Assembly: GCF_964188315.1 (NCBI RefSeq)
Contig: NC_135667.1
Location: 26,102,001-26,166,000, forward strand
Reading direction: 5' to 3'
Length of the DNA stretch: 64,000 nucleotides
Source: Podarcis muralis
Taxonomy: Eukaryota
This document shows positions 22,333 through 34,092 of this stretch, piece by piece. A program made the translations under genes and the position numbers. Below the pieces are notes generated by a model. That model was not told the origin of the DNA and ran no database searches. It saw nothing but the letters and a program-made list of their open reading frames with translations. The first letter of the stretch is position 1. Each line of letters starts with the position of its first letter.

Positions 22333-24506
22333 CACAACAAGGTTGTCCTATCTCCCCTCTGTTATTTATCTCGGTTCTGGAGGTTCTCTTGAACATGATC
22401 AGAGGGGACCGGTTGGTGGAAGGGATACAGGTCGGAGCCAAACAGTACAAACTAAAGGCATTTGCAGATGACCTGGTTTTAACATTACAGGAGCCAGAGT
22501 CTAGTACAAAAAGAGTTTTAGAATTGATTCATGAGTTTGGTCGGTTGGCGGGATTCAAATTAAATAAGCAGAAAACCAAGGTTTTGGGGGGGGGGAATGA
22601 CAACTATGGAAACAGAGAGGTTTCAGAAGGAGACGGACTTAAACGTGGTTAAAAAGGTGAAATACCTAGAGGTTAACTTGTCTGCTAAAAATTTGAATTT
22701 ATTTAAAGATAACTATGAAAAATGTTGGTCAGAAATTAAAAAGGATTTAGAAATTTGGACGAGATTGAAACTTTCCTTGTTGGGCCGAATAGCCGCTATA
22801 AAAATGAATGTGTTGCCAAAAATGTTGTTTTTGTTCCAGGCCCTACAGATCGTGGACAGAGTGGAATGCTTTGGAAAGTGGCAGAAAGATATTTCTGAGT
22901 TTGTCTGGCAGGGCAAAAAGCCCAGAATAAAATTTAAAATATTAACTGATGCAAAGGAAAGAGGGGGGTTTGCCCTGCCGGACTTAAGGTTATATTATGA
23001 AGCTGCAGCTTTCTGCTGGATGAAGGATTGGTTACTTCTTGAGAACACTGATGTCCTGGATCTGGAAGGGTTTAACAATGCTTTTGGTTGGCATGCTTAT
23101 TTGTGGTACGACAAGGTAAAGGTTCATAAAATGTTCAAGAACCACATTGTCAGGAAAGCATTATTTAATGTCTGGTCAAAATACAAGGACTTACTAGAAA
23201 ACAAGACTCCAAGGTGGCTGTCACCTATGGAGGCCAAGGCTCGGAAAAGACTCAATATGGAGGCCGAATGGCCGAAATATTGGGAAATAATTGAAAAAGT
23301 TGGAGAAACTTGGAGATTGCAGAGTTTGGAGAAACTAAAGGATAAAGTGTGAGACTGGTTACACTATGCTCAGATTAAGGAGGTTTTCAATATGGATAAA
23401 AAGATAGGATTCCAGGTGGAAAAATCGAAACTAGAAACAGAATTGTTAGAACCTAAGACTAAGGTGCTTTCAAGAATGTATGACTTGCTGTTGAAATGGA
23501 ACACACAAGATGAAACAGTCAAATCAGCTATGATAAAATGGGCACAGGATATTGGATATAATATCATGTTTGCTGAATGGGAAAGGTTATGGACCACCGG
23601 TGTGAAGTTTACGGCATGTAATGCTTTGAAAGAAAATATTATGAAAATGATATACAGGTGGTACATGACCCCAGTCAAGCTTGCAAAAATATATCATTTG
23701 CATGATAATAAATGTTGGAAGTGTAAGGAGACTGAAGGAACATTCTTTCACCTATGGTGGACCTGCCCGAGAGTGAAGGCCTTCTGGGAAATGATCTATA
23801 ATGAGCTAAAAAAGGTATTTAAGTATACCTTTCCTAAGAAACCAGAGGCCTTTCTTCTGGGTATTGTCGACCAGAAGGTGTTAAAGAAGGATAGAACCTT
23901 TTTTATGTATGCAACAACAGCAGCAAGAATACTTATCGCAAAGTACTGGAAGACACAAGATCTGCCCACACTGGAAGAATGGCAAACGCAACTGATAGAC
24001 TACATGGAGCTGGCCGAGATGACTGGCAGAATTCGAGACCTGGGAAAAGAAGAGGTGGAAGAGGACTGGAAGAAGTTTAAAGACTACCTACAAAGACTTT
24101 ATAAATTGTTTGAATGTTAAGAAAGTGCATGAAAGGAAGGAATTTGGCATCAGTAGCCTAGATGAGAAATGTATGAGAATAAGTTGAACTATAAAGATGA
24201 GATTCGAAGTAATGTTATGCCTAAACTAAGTAATTTAATACTTGATGGAAACATTTAAAACTAGAGGCATAACACATTAGAAATTAGAATATAAGATCTG
24301 AAATAAGGTAATAAATTGCGGAACATAACTTATGTTCGGAGAACGCAGGAAAGGGAGACGTGAGGAAGTCCAGAGGGTTATGAAAAAATGTATGAAAGGC
24401 TGTGATTTTTTATCTTTTCTTCTTTATATTTTCGTTGTCTGTTATATGTTTGGTGACTTTCTTTTCTTAAAAAACGCAATAAAAATATTAAAAAAACAAA
24501 ACAAAA
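22333..24506 (+). mobile_element. L1-clade LINE, 5'-truncated (ORF2 RT to zinc knuckle, 3' UTR, A-rich tail)
   Basis: QGCPISPLLF, AFADD, KYLEVNL, GGFALPD, CWKC..EGTFFHLWWTC. AATAAA plus A-tail. 17-bp TSD ACAAACTCACTTTTAAA at 22316-22332 and 24507-24523. Confidence 0.95.
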
Positions 24507-25557
24507 ACAAACTCACTTTTAAAACTGTGTCTGTGGAAGACAATCCTACTCGGCTACAGGTGATTGCCAAAGAAGAAGAAGAAGGAAGGAAGGAAGACCT
24601 AGTTGATTGTTAATACAGGCCACAACTTTACTGAGAAAACACAAGTAACACTGGTGCCTGACCAGTAAATGGGACACAGCATCACAAGTTTCCTCTCATT
24701 ATACCATAATGTTAATTTATTGCTTTTATCTGAATGACTGCATTTTGAACAAGAAGGCAGCATGCTGAATTTAGTAGGGGTACTCAGTGGAAAAAATAGA
24801 GCAACTGTGGGCTAGCAGGCTGCTTGATAGAATCTTGGTTTAATTTTGATGCAATGCTTTGTACAATTGAACAATGGAGGGAAAATATGGGAAATCTAGG
24901 AATGCTGAAGGATCATCCTTATCTACACTTCCTGAACTAATACATGGATCAGGACATACATAATCCTTTGGATTTCATATTTTTCTGAATTGTACAATAT
25001 CATTTTCAGCTATGAAAATAAAGTCATAAAAATACCTGAAGGCATTAAAATTGGTATTTCCAGATAACATGTATTTTAAAATGCATATGTACGTTGTAAT
25101 ACGTATTTAAATCTATTTCATTTTTATTGTAAAAGAGGGTGGGGACTATGAAGGACCACACAGAAATAATCAACTTTGAAAATAAGACCATAGCATAAAG
25201 AATTCCAAAATCCTAAGAGAGAATTAAGTGAGGAAAAAAATCAGAAGTATATCATTAACTTAAATATAATTTGGTGGTCTTCTGAGTTTGGCTGTCTTGA
25301 TGTTTGATATTGGTTTCATCTGGAAAAATTGATAGAGAAATGCACTTTAGTCAATTTGGGGATTATAGAGCTTTGTATATTGAGCAATGGCAGATAAGCA
25401 CTGAGATGGAATATGCAGCTTCCATCTTGGCAGAAGTAAGGCGACTGGGAGACTTGAGTTCTGAGCTGGCTGATGGATTTAGTTTTTCTACTTGGGAACC
25501 TATTGTAGGAATAACTGTTGTTGCTGTCTTGGATATTTTGCTTGTATATATACAACC

Positions 25558-25795
25558 ACAGCCAGTGTGGTGTAGTGGTTCGTAATCTGGGGAACCGGGT
25601 TCGCGTCTCCGCTCCTCCACATGCAGCTGCTGGGTGACCTTGGGCTAGTCACACTTCTCTGAAGTCTCTCAGCCCCACTTACCTCACAGAGTGTTTGTTG
25701 TGGGGGAGGAAGGGAAAGGAGAATGTTAGCCGCTTTGAGACTCCTTAAAGGGAGTGAAAGGCGGGATATCAAATCCAAACTCTTCTTCTTCTTCT
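25558..25795 (+). mobile_element. tRNA-derived SINE (Squam3-like)
   Basis: GCCAGTGTGGTGTAGTGGTT A-box head, GGTTCG B-box, GGGTGACCTTGGGCTAGTCAC core and (TCT)n tail. There is a short deletion after the A box. Confidence 0.8.
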
Positions 25796-26260
25796 AAACC
25801 AGCCTTTAGTGCCCATGACTAAATTAACCTATGGATTTCAGTGGGACCTAAGAGCCAACCCCAGAAGTCATCAGTGGTCTCCCAACCAAAGAAAACAGAG
25901 AACATTCAGTGCAGTCTCATACTTCTAACTACTGAATAAAGTGAGGAATTGAGAACCACACATTAATTGCAAATTTTAGTTCCTGCAGATGATCAGCACT
26001 GAATGCAAATACCTATATTGTGAAGGAATGAGGAGCTGAAGTTTGCATTGAGTGCAATTTCTGAGATGCTGTTCTTAGGAGCAAGTTGCATAGTCTGTTT
26101 TCTTCTATCTCCATCTTCACAGACTTGATTGGAAGTTTCTTTCTCCATAGCTGCTTTATTTATTTTAGCATCCCATGGCATGCTTCTCAGGGTTTATCAG
26201 AAAGAAGCAGTCTCTAGATGGTTGTTATATATTATTATAAATCAAAGGTAAACATACTGA

Positions 26261-26400
26261 GAGATAGGGACTAATTGTCAGAGAGGGAACATTAGCTTGA
26301 AATCTAGACCAAACTCACATGGGGATCTTGCATCCCTGGTGTCAGATGTGGGGCACTTTGGGGACTTCCATTCTTAGAAATGTTCTTTAATGAATACTCA
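26261..26400. promoter_or_regulatory. Candidate OR promoter block (homeodomain and O/E-like sites); copies at 36235, 42360, 46060, diverged at about 31665
   Basis: Conserved non-TE block upstream of five related ORs, with CTAATTG, CTCACATGGGGA and TTCTTTAATGA. Function is inferred only. Confidence 0.4.
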
Positions 26401-26559
26401 GATTTTATCAAGGGAAAGAAAGCCCTAACTATTTTCCTTCTGCAGATGTTGATTTGGCCACTTAAATAGTAAGACTATTTGAGTGGGATTGGTGTTACTT
26501 TATTTTATTTTTTTTAGTTAGCCTTGTGTGGAATGTATTGAAGTACCTTTGTGGGGGTC

Positions 26560-27363
26560 AGGGTCAAGTCTGTGCAGGTCAAGTCTGTGTCCAGGGCAGG
26601 TGTCTACCAGCTCCAACTGATTCACAGGATGAGACCCTACTTACCCGCAGACTGTCTCGCCAGAGTGGTATATTCTCTAGTTATCTCCCACTTGGACTAC
26701 TGCAATGTGCTCTACATGGGGCTACCTTTGAAGGTGACCCGGAAGCTACAACTAATCCAGAATGCTGCAGCTAGACTGGTGACTGGGAGTGGCCACCGAG
26801 ACAATATAATACTGTTCCTGAAAGACCTACATTGGCTCCCAGTACATTTTCGAGCACAATTCAAAGTGTTAGCACTTTTAAAACCCCAAGGGGCCTTGGC
26901 CCAGTATACGTGAAGGAGCTTCTCCACCCCCATCGTTCACAATGAGGTCCAGCTGCAAGGGTCTTCTGGCAGTTCCCTCACTGTGAGAAGTGAGGTTACA
27001 GGGAAACAGGCAGAGGATCTTCTGGGTAGTGGCTCCTGCCCTGTGGAACGCCCTCCCCTCAAATGTCATGGAAATAAAAAACTATATGGTTCTTAGAAGA
27101 CATCTGAAGGGAACCCTGTACAATGATTTTTTTTAATGGAATAATAATAATAATTTATTATTTATACCCTGTACATCTAGCTGGGTTTCACCAGCAACTC
27201 TGGCCGGCTCCCAATAGAATATTAAGAACATGATAAAACATCAAACACTATAAACTTCCCTAATGTCTAATGTTTTACAACTTATTATGTGCTGTAAGCT
27301 GCCCAGACTGGCTGAGGAAACCCAGCAGATGGGTAGGGTATAAATAATAAAATTGTTATTCTT
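26560..27363 (+). mobile_element. L2-clade LINE 3' fragment with an inverted L2 tail at about 27140-27262
   Basis: LVISHLDYCNVLY.GLP...LQLIQNAAARL...LHWLPV...FKVL motif. Plus-strand tail at 27262-27363; minus-strand tail with (ATT)n embedded. Confidence 0.85.
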
Positions 27364-27367
27364 ATGT

Positions 27368-27472
27368 TCGTGGACAAATGCCGGCTTCCTCAGCCAGAAA
27401 GCGAGATGAGTGCCAAAACCCCATAGTCACATTTGACTAGACTTAACTGTTCAGAGGTCCTTTACCTTTCTT
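27368..27472 (+). mobile_element. Sauria SINE 3' fragment
   Basis: GTGGACAAATGCCGGC...GCGAGATGAG...GGTCCTTTACCTTT. Confidence 0.7.
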
Positions 27473-27489
27473 TTTTTTTAACCTTTTTT

Positions 27490-28200
27490 ACTCATGCAAT
27501 TAGGAATCCTGAAATTTATGCTGTTAAGACTCCTAATCATGTGAAAGGACCCCTGTGCACATACAGTTGCACATTTGCAGATTCATTGTAGTCCTCCAAA
27601 TGAAGTCACATAATTCAGTCTCCACCTCTCCAGAATGATACTGATTGGTGAGCGAAAATCGGCTACTGACCATAGTTTCTTACAGCAGATGACCGTTGTG
27701 AAACAAATGAGAAGGAAATGATCTTATAATGTAAATAAGGCAAACGGAATTGAAAATGGTATTTCAAAGTGGAAGTCATGGAACAACTTTTATAACTTAT
27801 TCAAATAACTTTTATTGCTGGAAAATGAAACAAAAGTTTGTGTAATGGAGAACAGAATGTAAACTTTATTAGAAACCCCCCAAGTTCCTGCATGATCCTG
27901 TTCCTAAGGGGCACAAAGAAGTCTGAGATATGCCTCTGAAATCAGTCTGCACATACTATAGACAGATTATATCTGTGGGCGGAAAATGGTGAGAGTAAGA
28001 GAGACTGGATATTTTCCACTATTTTTTAAATGCTTAATCAGAAATGTTTTGGGAAATGAAAGGAAATTCACCTCTTTTAGAAAAATTATTTTATATTATT
28101 TTCTTCTTCATTTGAACAGTGGGGTGTGTAAGAACCACTAGACCCATCCACGTTTCCATCTCTTTCTTGATTTCATATTGTTTCATTAAGAAATTTCAGC
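27490..28200 (+). repeat. Dispersed duplicated block (paralogs about 54790-55430 and 61615-62330)
   Basis: Collinear by-eye alignment, e.g. GCAGATGACCGTTGTGAAACAAATGAGAAGGAAATGATCTTATAATGTAAATAAG in all three. Confidence 0.85.
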
Positions 28201-28776
28201 TATGTTGATGACAGGAAAATTCCCTTGGAGTACAACTCATGATTGGGGGCTCCTTTCATGAACAGATTGGTGTTCATGGAATAGTACATATAGCAAAATA
28301 AGGGTGGCAATTTCAGCTCTGTTTCACAGGTCACAAATCAGCCTCTAACGTCACATACCAGCATGCAAATGTAACACATATGCACATACTCTTGTAGATG
28401 TGCATATTCTCAAGCGACACATACAAACTTCATTGCAAATGTGCAATGCCCTACTGCCAAGCTCTGGATCCTCCTGTCTCTGCAGTTTGTCCTCCTGCTA
28501 TTGCTGTCTGTTCACTTGCCATCTCTGAGTGAGTAATGAGAGAGCATAGAAAAGAGCAGTAACCTCCACAAGCATTACCCCCTCTCTCTTTCAAAGTTGT
28601 GATGCCTGTTGGTCCCACAGGAAGAAGCAATCCAATGGGTAGTGAAAACAGTTACATAGGAAGAGGATGAATTCTTGAAAGGAACCTCAGTAGGAACTTC
28701 TTACCCAGATACCCATAAAGCCTGGAACCGATGTTGCCTGGCAAAAGGCTTTGGATAACTATTTAGCTTTGAACCC

Positions 28777-29736
28777 CTAATTCAGAAAATGGCCTTCTAA
28801 AATCTTCCCCGTGGCCTTCCTGAAAGATTCCTTGACATCCTTGTTTCTCAGGCTATATACAAGGGGGTTAACTAAAGGCGGAAGGACTGTGTAAAAAAGA
28901 GAAAATATTTTGTTAAGGTCTCTCATTGCTTCAGTTTTTGGTGTCACATATACAATGATTAATGCACCATAGAACAGGGAAACAACAATCACATGAGAAG
29001 AACAAGTGGAAAAGGCTTTCTGCCTTCCAGTGGTGGATGGGATTTTTAAAATTGAATCAATAATATATATGTAGGAAATCAGGGTCAAAAGAAAAGGGGG
29101 AAAACTGAACACAAAAGTCAGGATTACACTGGCATACTTCACAAGGCTGGTATCACTGCATGAGATATTGACCAATGCAAGAGAGTCACAAAAGAAATGA
29201 TCCATTTCATTGGAATTACAATACTTTAGTTGCAACACCAGGATCAAATATATAGAAGTAAACAAAATGCTATTAATCCAGGAGGCACTGGCCAGCTGGA
29301 TACACAGCTTACCATTCATAAGAGTTGCATAATAGAGGGGTTTGCATATAGCTAAGAAACGATCATAAGACATCACAGAGAGCAGATAACATTCTGTTCC
29401 AATCAGGAGATCAAAGAAATATAATTGTATATGACATCCTTTAAAAGAGATGGTTTTGTCTTCGGTCAATAGACTGGTCAGCATCCTGGGCAGGGTGGTT
29501 GAGCTGTAGACTGTCTCCAGAAAAGACAAATTCCCCAAGAAGAAGTACATGGGTGTGTGCAGGTGATGGTCGGTCACTATGAGAATGACCGTGAGAATAT
29601 TGAAAGTCATTGTCAATATGTAGATCACCAGAAAAACAAGGAACAGGAAGATCTGTAGATGAGGAAGGTCCCCAAATCCCAGAAGAATAAACTCAGTAAT
29701 TTCACTCTGGTTTTCCTGCATTATGGTTGTCATCAA
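28777..29736 (-). CDS. Olfactory receptor, class II, 319 aa
   Basis: Intact ORF with all OR motifs (NQS, LHTPMY, MSYDRF, HFFCD, KAFSTCSSH, NPLVYSLRN). Confidence 0.97.
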   Translation of the reverse strand: MMTTIMQENQSEITEFILLGFGDLPHLQIFLFLVFLVIYILTMTFNILTVILIVTDHHLHTPMYFFLGNLSFLETVYSSTTLPRMLTSLLTEDKTISFKGCHIQLYFFDLLIGTECYLLSVMSYDRFLAICKPLYYATLMNGKLCIQLASASWINSILFTSIYLILVLQLKYCNSNEMDHFFCDSLALVNISCSDTSLVKYASVILTFVFSFPPFLLTLISYIYIIDSILKIPSTTGRQKAFSTCSSHVIVVSLFYGALIIVYVTPKTEAMRDLNKIFSLFYTVLPPLVNPLVYSLRNKDVKESFRKATGKILEGHFLN

Positions 29737-29951
29737 ATGTGTATAACAAAATTATTTCATATCCTGAAAAACAACTGAAACATAAGATAAGTAAAAGGTA
29801 TTTGTAGTAATGAATTATACAGATGCCACTGAGGGAAAACGTGGAGAAAGCGCAGTATGACTCAGGGATGTTTTGCAGGCTATAACCTTTCTGAAAGCTC
29901 ACAATGCTAAAATGCCTGTGAACAAAAGTTGCTGAAAAGCATACCAGCATG

Positions 29952-30183
29952 AATAGATAAATAGGTACCACTGTGGCAGGAAGGTAAATTGTGTCTCTGT
30001 GTACTCTGGCTTCTGCCACAGTGTTCCATTGTGCCAGAAGCAGTTTGGTCATGCTGGCCACATGACCCAGAAAAGCTGTCTGTGGACAAATGCAGTCTTT
30101 CTTGGTCTGAAAGCGGAGATGAGCACCCCACCCCACAGTCAAATTCGACTGGACTTAACCGTCCAGGGGTCCTTTACCTTACT
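29952..30183 (+). mobile_element. Sauria SINE, 5'-truncated
   Basis: TAGATAAATAGGTACC...GGAAGGTAAA...CATGCTGGCCACATGACC...GGGGTCCTTTACCTT. Confidence 0.8.
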
Positions 30184-31543
30184 GCACTCCAGCCTAATCG
30201 GGACATGTTGCATTTAGCAGGAATACTTATTGGTATACTGGTAAAATACTCATAGAGGCTTGCAGGCAACTTGATATAATCATGATGAAGAGGGAGGAAA
30301 ATTGTGAAATCTATACATATAGGGGAGACAACCTTATTCACAGTTACTGGACTAAAACAGGGATCAGGACATAAGTATACTTTGGAGTTCATAATTTACT
30401 GAATTTTGTAATACAGAAAATAAAGGAATGTACCAAACTGCATTAAAATGTCTAATCTATAGAATACGTGTAGAAATGCATACATTAAAAATATCTATTT
30501 CAGTTTATCTTGTGAGGTATATGTATTTAATTGCAAATTTTCATACAGTATTCTTTTATTAAATGCAAATGAATGTGATATTGACATATAGTATCACAGG
30601 AATAGCCATTCTTATTTTTGCCTTCAGTGCTCTACTGGTATATATGTAAACAAACCAATGGTCATATTAGGAATGGGGGGAGGAATCAATTCAGTTCACA
30701 TTGAAAGGCAAGCATGCACAATTTGTAGTTTCTGAAACAATGCATGGACCAAAACACAGCCATGCATTGAAATTTGCACTTCTCTGGATCTTGCAATAAT
30801 ACAGTTCTCCAGCCAAGTCATATTTCTAAAAATGCATATACATGGGGAAAGTGTTCATATAAATCCATATATTCATGAAATAATAAGCAAAAATGTGTTC
30901 CATTAGGGGGAACTGATTTGTAAAAAGAAGTATCTTAGGCAAATTTGCATACAAATATATGCATATTTTGAGATATTTGTACTAAAATCCTAGTGAACTT
31001 TTTGAGGACTTAGAAGAATTTCAGAAACCAATGTGGAAATTTGGAAAACTGACCTTCGAAGTGGGAAAATGGCAACTTGAGAGAAGCCAAAATTCACAGA
31101 TTTGCTCATCCCAAATTCCAACTGGCCGTTGGTTAGATCCAGATTAAGTGAATTGAATTTAATTCCCATTGAAAACTATGGGTCTTATTAAGCCATAAGT
31201 TTGACCCATTGATTTCAGTGGAGGAGTCTACCCCAAAAGCCTCCAAATCTTTCTCAAACAAAGAAAATGAAAGCATTCAGTGCTGTCACAGCTTTGTTAC
31301 TCAAAGCAAGCAGTTCACAAACACTCATTTATCACGGCGCTTCAGTTCCTGCAAATAACTTGCACTGAGTGTCATTACCTCTCTCATGAATGAAGTTTCT
31401 TGTAAGCTCAATTTCGAGCAGCTTTTGGTCTTGGGAGCAAGATGTGCACTGTGTCTTCTATAAGCATCTCAATAGATAAAGCTTGCCTTCCCATAATTTC
31501 TGAATTCTGTTTAGTCTGCTATGGCTTGTTTCACATCTAAGGC

Positions 31544-31615
<72 letters not shown>
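31544..31615. repeat. Compound microsatellite (TA)n(GA)n
   Basis: Directly visible. Confidence 0.95.
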
Positions 31616-31618
<3 letters not shown>

Positions 31619-32088
31619 TTTCTATTTGGTTATTATTTATTATTAAGCTTAAACGGTAAATATCTTGAGAGATGCAATAATAATCTGAGAGGGAATGTAG
31701 GTTTCAAAGCTAGACGGAAGCCACACGGGGATACTGCAGGCCCATAGTCACAGAAGTAGGACACTGTGGGGTTTTCCCTCATTCAGAAATATTCCCACTC
31801 CTTTCCTAAATGTTCAGAGTAATTCTTCTTTTAAGCACTACCTCTTTTACTTTTACTTAATTATAAGGAGCAGGGAAGGCATTTGGGCAATATACAGCTT
31901 AAGGCCTCATTGAAAAGTAAGGCAATAGATGTCATATTGACCTACTGTTTTTAAAGTGAATTGTTCATAAGGGTATGTGCTTTTCGTTTCATTAGACCTT
32001 TCGGCAGTGCAGTGCATCCTACTTTTTATGTTTTAATTTTTACCCACATACTGGGTAAAATGAATTTTTGACATGCCTAGTGCACTGA

Positions 32089-32634
32089 GGGACACGGGTG
32101 GCGCTGTGGGTAAAAGCCTCAGCGCCTATTGCCGATTGAAAGGTCGGCGGTTCGAATCCCCGTGGCGGGGTGCACTCCCGTTGCTCGGTCCCAGCGCTAG
32201 CCAACCTAGCAGTTCGAAAGCACCTCCGGGTGCAAGTAGATAAATAGGGACCGCTTACTAGCGGGAAGGTAAACGGCATTTCCGTGTGCGGCTCTGGCTC
32301 GCCAGAGCAGTGATGTCACGCTGGCCACGTGACCCGGAAGTGTCTCCGGACAGCGCTGGCCCCCGGCCTCTTGAGTGAGATGGGCGCACAACCCTAGAGT
32401 CTGTCAAGACTGGCCCGTATGGGCAGGGGTACCTTTACCTTACTAGCGGGAAGGTAAACGGCGTTTCCGTGTGCGGCTCTGGCTCACCAGATGCAGCTTT
32501 GTCACGCTGGCCACGTGACCCGGAAGTGTCTCCGGACAGCGCTGGCCCCCGGCCTCTTGAGTGAGATGGGCGCACAACCCCAGAGTCTGTCAAGACTGGC
32601 CCATACGGGCAGGGGTACTTTTACCTTTTACCTT
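32089..32634 (+). mobile_element. Full-length Sauria SINE with tandem duplication of its 3' 185 bp
   Basis: GGGACACGGGTGGCGCTG head. 11-bp TSD TAGTGCACTGA at 32078-32088 and 32635-32645. Empty site at 37422. Confidence 0.93.
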
Positions 32635-33851
32635 TAGTGCACTGAACTGTGGTCATTGACCCAGACCAACTTTTAGCTGAAACCAGAAACAATATGTAAA
32701 CCAACACAAAGCCATCCTTTTAAATTCACTCTTCTCTGAATTTTGCAGTGCAGTTCTCCAGCCAATTAATCTGCACACAACTGCATACACTGAGATAAAG
32801 TGTGTATTGGAGAAGATAAAATACATAATGCATTATATTAGGGGGAAATGCCTGAAAGAAATCAGTAAATTCGCAAACGGAAATGTGTATCTCTGGAGAA
32901 ACGTGCATCAAAAGGCTTCCATTAGGATTCCCCTCCCCCCACTCTGAAATTGCTGCAGGCGTAAAGAACTGGATTTAAGATTGGAAATATGAAAAAATAA
33001 GAGAAACCAAAACTGGCAGATTCATCTATCTCTATCTACAACTGAACCATGGTAGGGGATAAGGAACCAAGAGAAGTGAAACTGGCAGATCCGTTCATCC
33101 CTAGACATCCATAGGATTTATTTTACTTTATTCATTTATTTCAAAAGATGTACATACTGCTGGATTGCATTAAAATCTCAAAGTGGTTTTCAGCAAGAAT
33201 GAAAACTAAAATTATCAGTAAAAACAGATAACTATTTAAAGCTTTTTTAAAAAGTAAAAGCAGCAGTATACTAAAATCCAAATTAAAATCCACATGCCTG
33301 GATATATTGGCCTAAAGAAAAATGTTTTTGGCAGGTGCCAAAAAAAAAAAAAAAGTACAGTAAAGGCACTTGCCTTAAGTCAATAGGCAGAGTTCAAAAG
33401 TGTGCATGAATCTTATGAAACATTTTTAGCAGGCCCAGTTTTACTGACTGATGCAGTTAAGTGGACATAGATGGAGTAAGGTGATGTCACAGTTCAATTT
33501 ATCCCAGGCTTTATGTAGCTACACCTTGAAGTAGGCCTGGTAGCAAATTGGCAAGCAGTGCAGGTTCTGAGCAGAGGTGCTATATGCTGATAGGGTAGAT
33601 ATTCAGTTGCATTGTAGAGAACCTCTGGAAAAAAAACTCCATCAATGCTGCTCTTCAGATGTAGCACTGAAACCACTGTAACACTATACCTCCAATTACA
33701 ATTACTCAGAGTCAATCCAGGAGGATACCAGCATCTGAAGAAACATCAAGAAGCACAAGCAAAGTCCCACTCCCCCCATTAACTCTCTGTGCCAATTTCT
33801 TAAATATATATGGCCACAGTGAACAGTTACACTGAAACGGATGCTTGAAAT

Positions 33852-33986
33852 CAGGCATTGGCAAACACGGCCCTCCAGCTGTTTTTGGAGTACAACTCCC
33901 ACTATCCTTAGTTAACAGGACCAGCGGTCAGGGATGATGGAAATTTAATCCCAAAAAATCTGGAGGGCTGAGTTTGCCTATGCCTG
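33852..33986. mobile_element. hAT-type MITE, 135 bp
   Basis: TIR CAGGCATTGGCAAAC / GTTTGCCTATGCCTG, 8-bp TSD CTTGAAAT/CTTGAAAG, empty paralogous sites near 39029 and 44298. Confidence 0.9.
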
Positions 33987-34092
33987 CTTGAAAGTAATTT
34001 TCAAGCAAAAACTTTCAACTTCCATGACTTCCCCCACACAACTAATTTGTATAATTTCTTGCTCTCACTTGATAATGTCAGAACCTGAACAA

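Larger units (their letters stand above)
21615..24590 (+). mobile_element. RTE-clade LINE 3' fragment, host of nested insertions
   Basis: Degenerate EDRRTNxSVLEEA...WTGHV...PKQLLYSEL...CPHxGRTCGSRI.L.SHL homology. The 3' end with a (GAA)n tail resumes after the L1, at 24507-24590. Confidence 0.8.

Noticed and set aside
25558-25640. tRNA-like sequences here and at Sauria SINE heads
   Set aside because: They are SINE heads followed by SINE bodies and tails; no complete cloverleaf.
30660-31120. AT-rich segments resembling 32700-33100, 37490-37890 and 51295-51660 (inverted)
   Set aside because: Probably an old abundant interspersed repeat, but ends and family could not be supported by eye.
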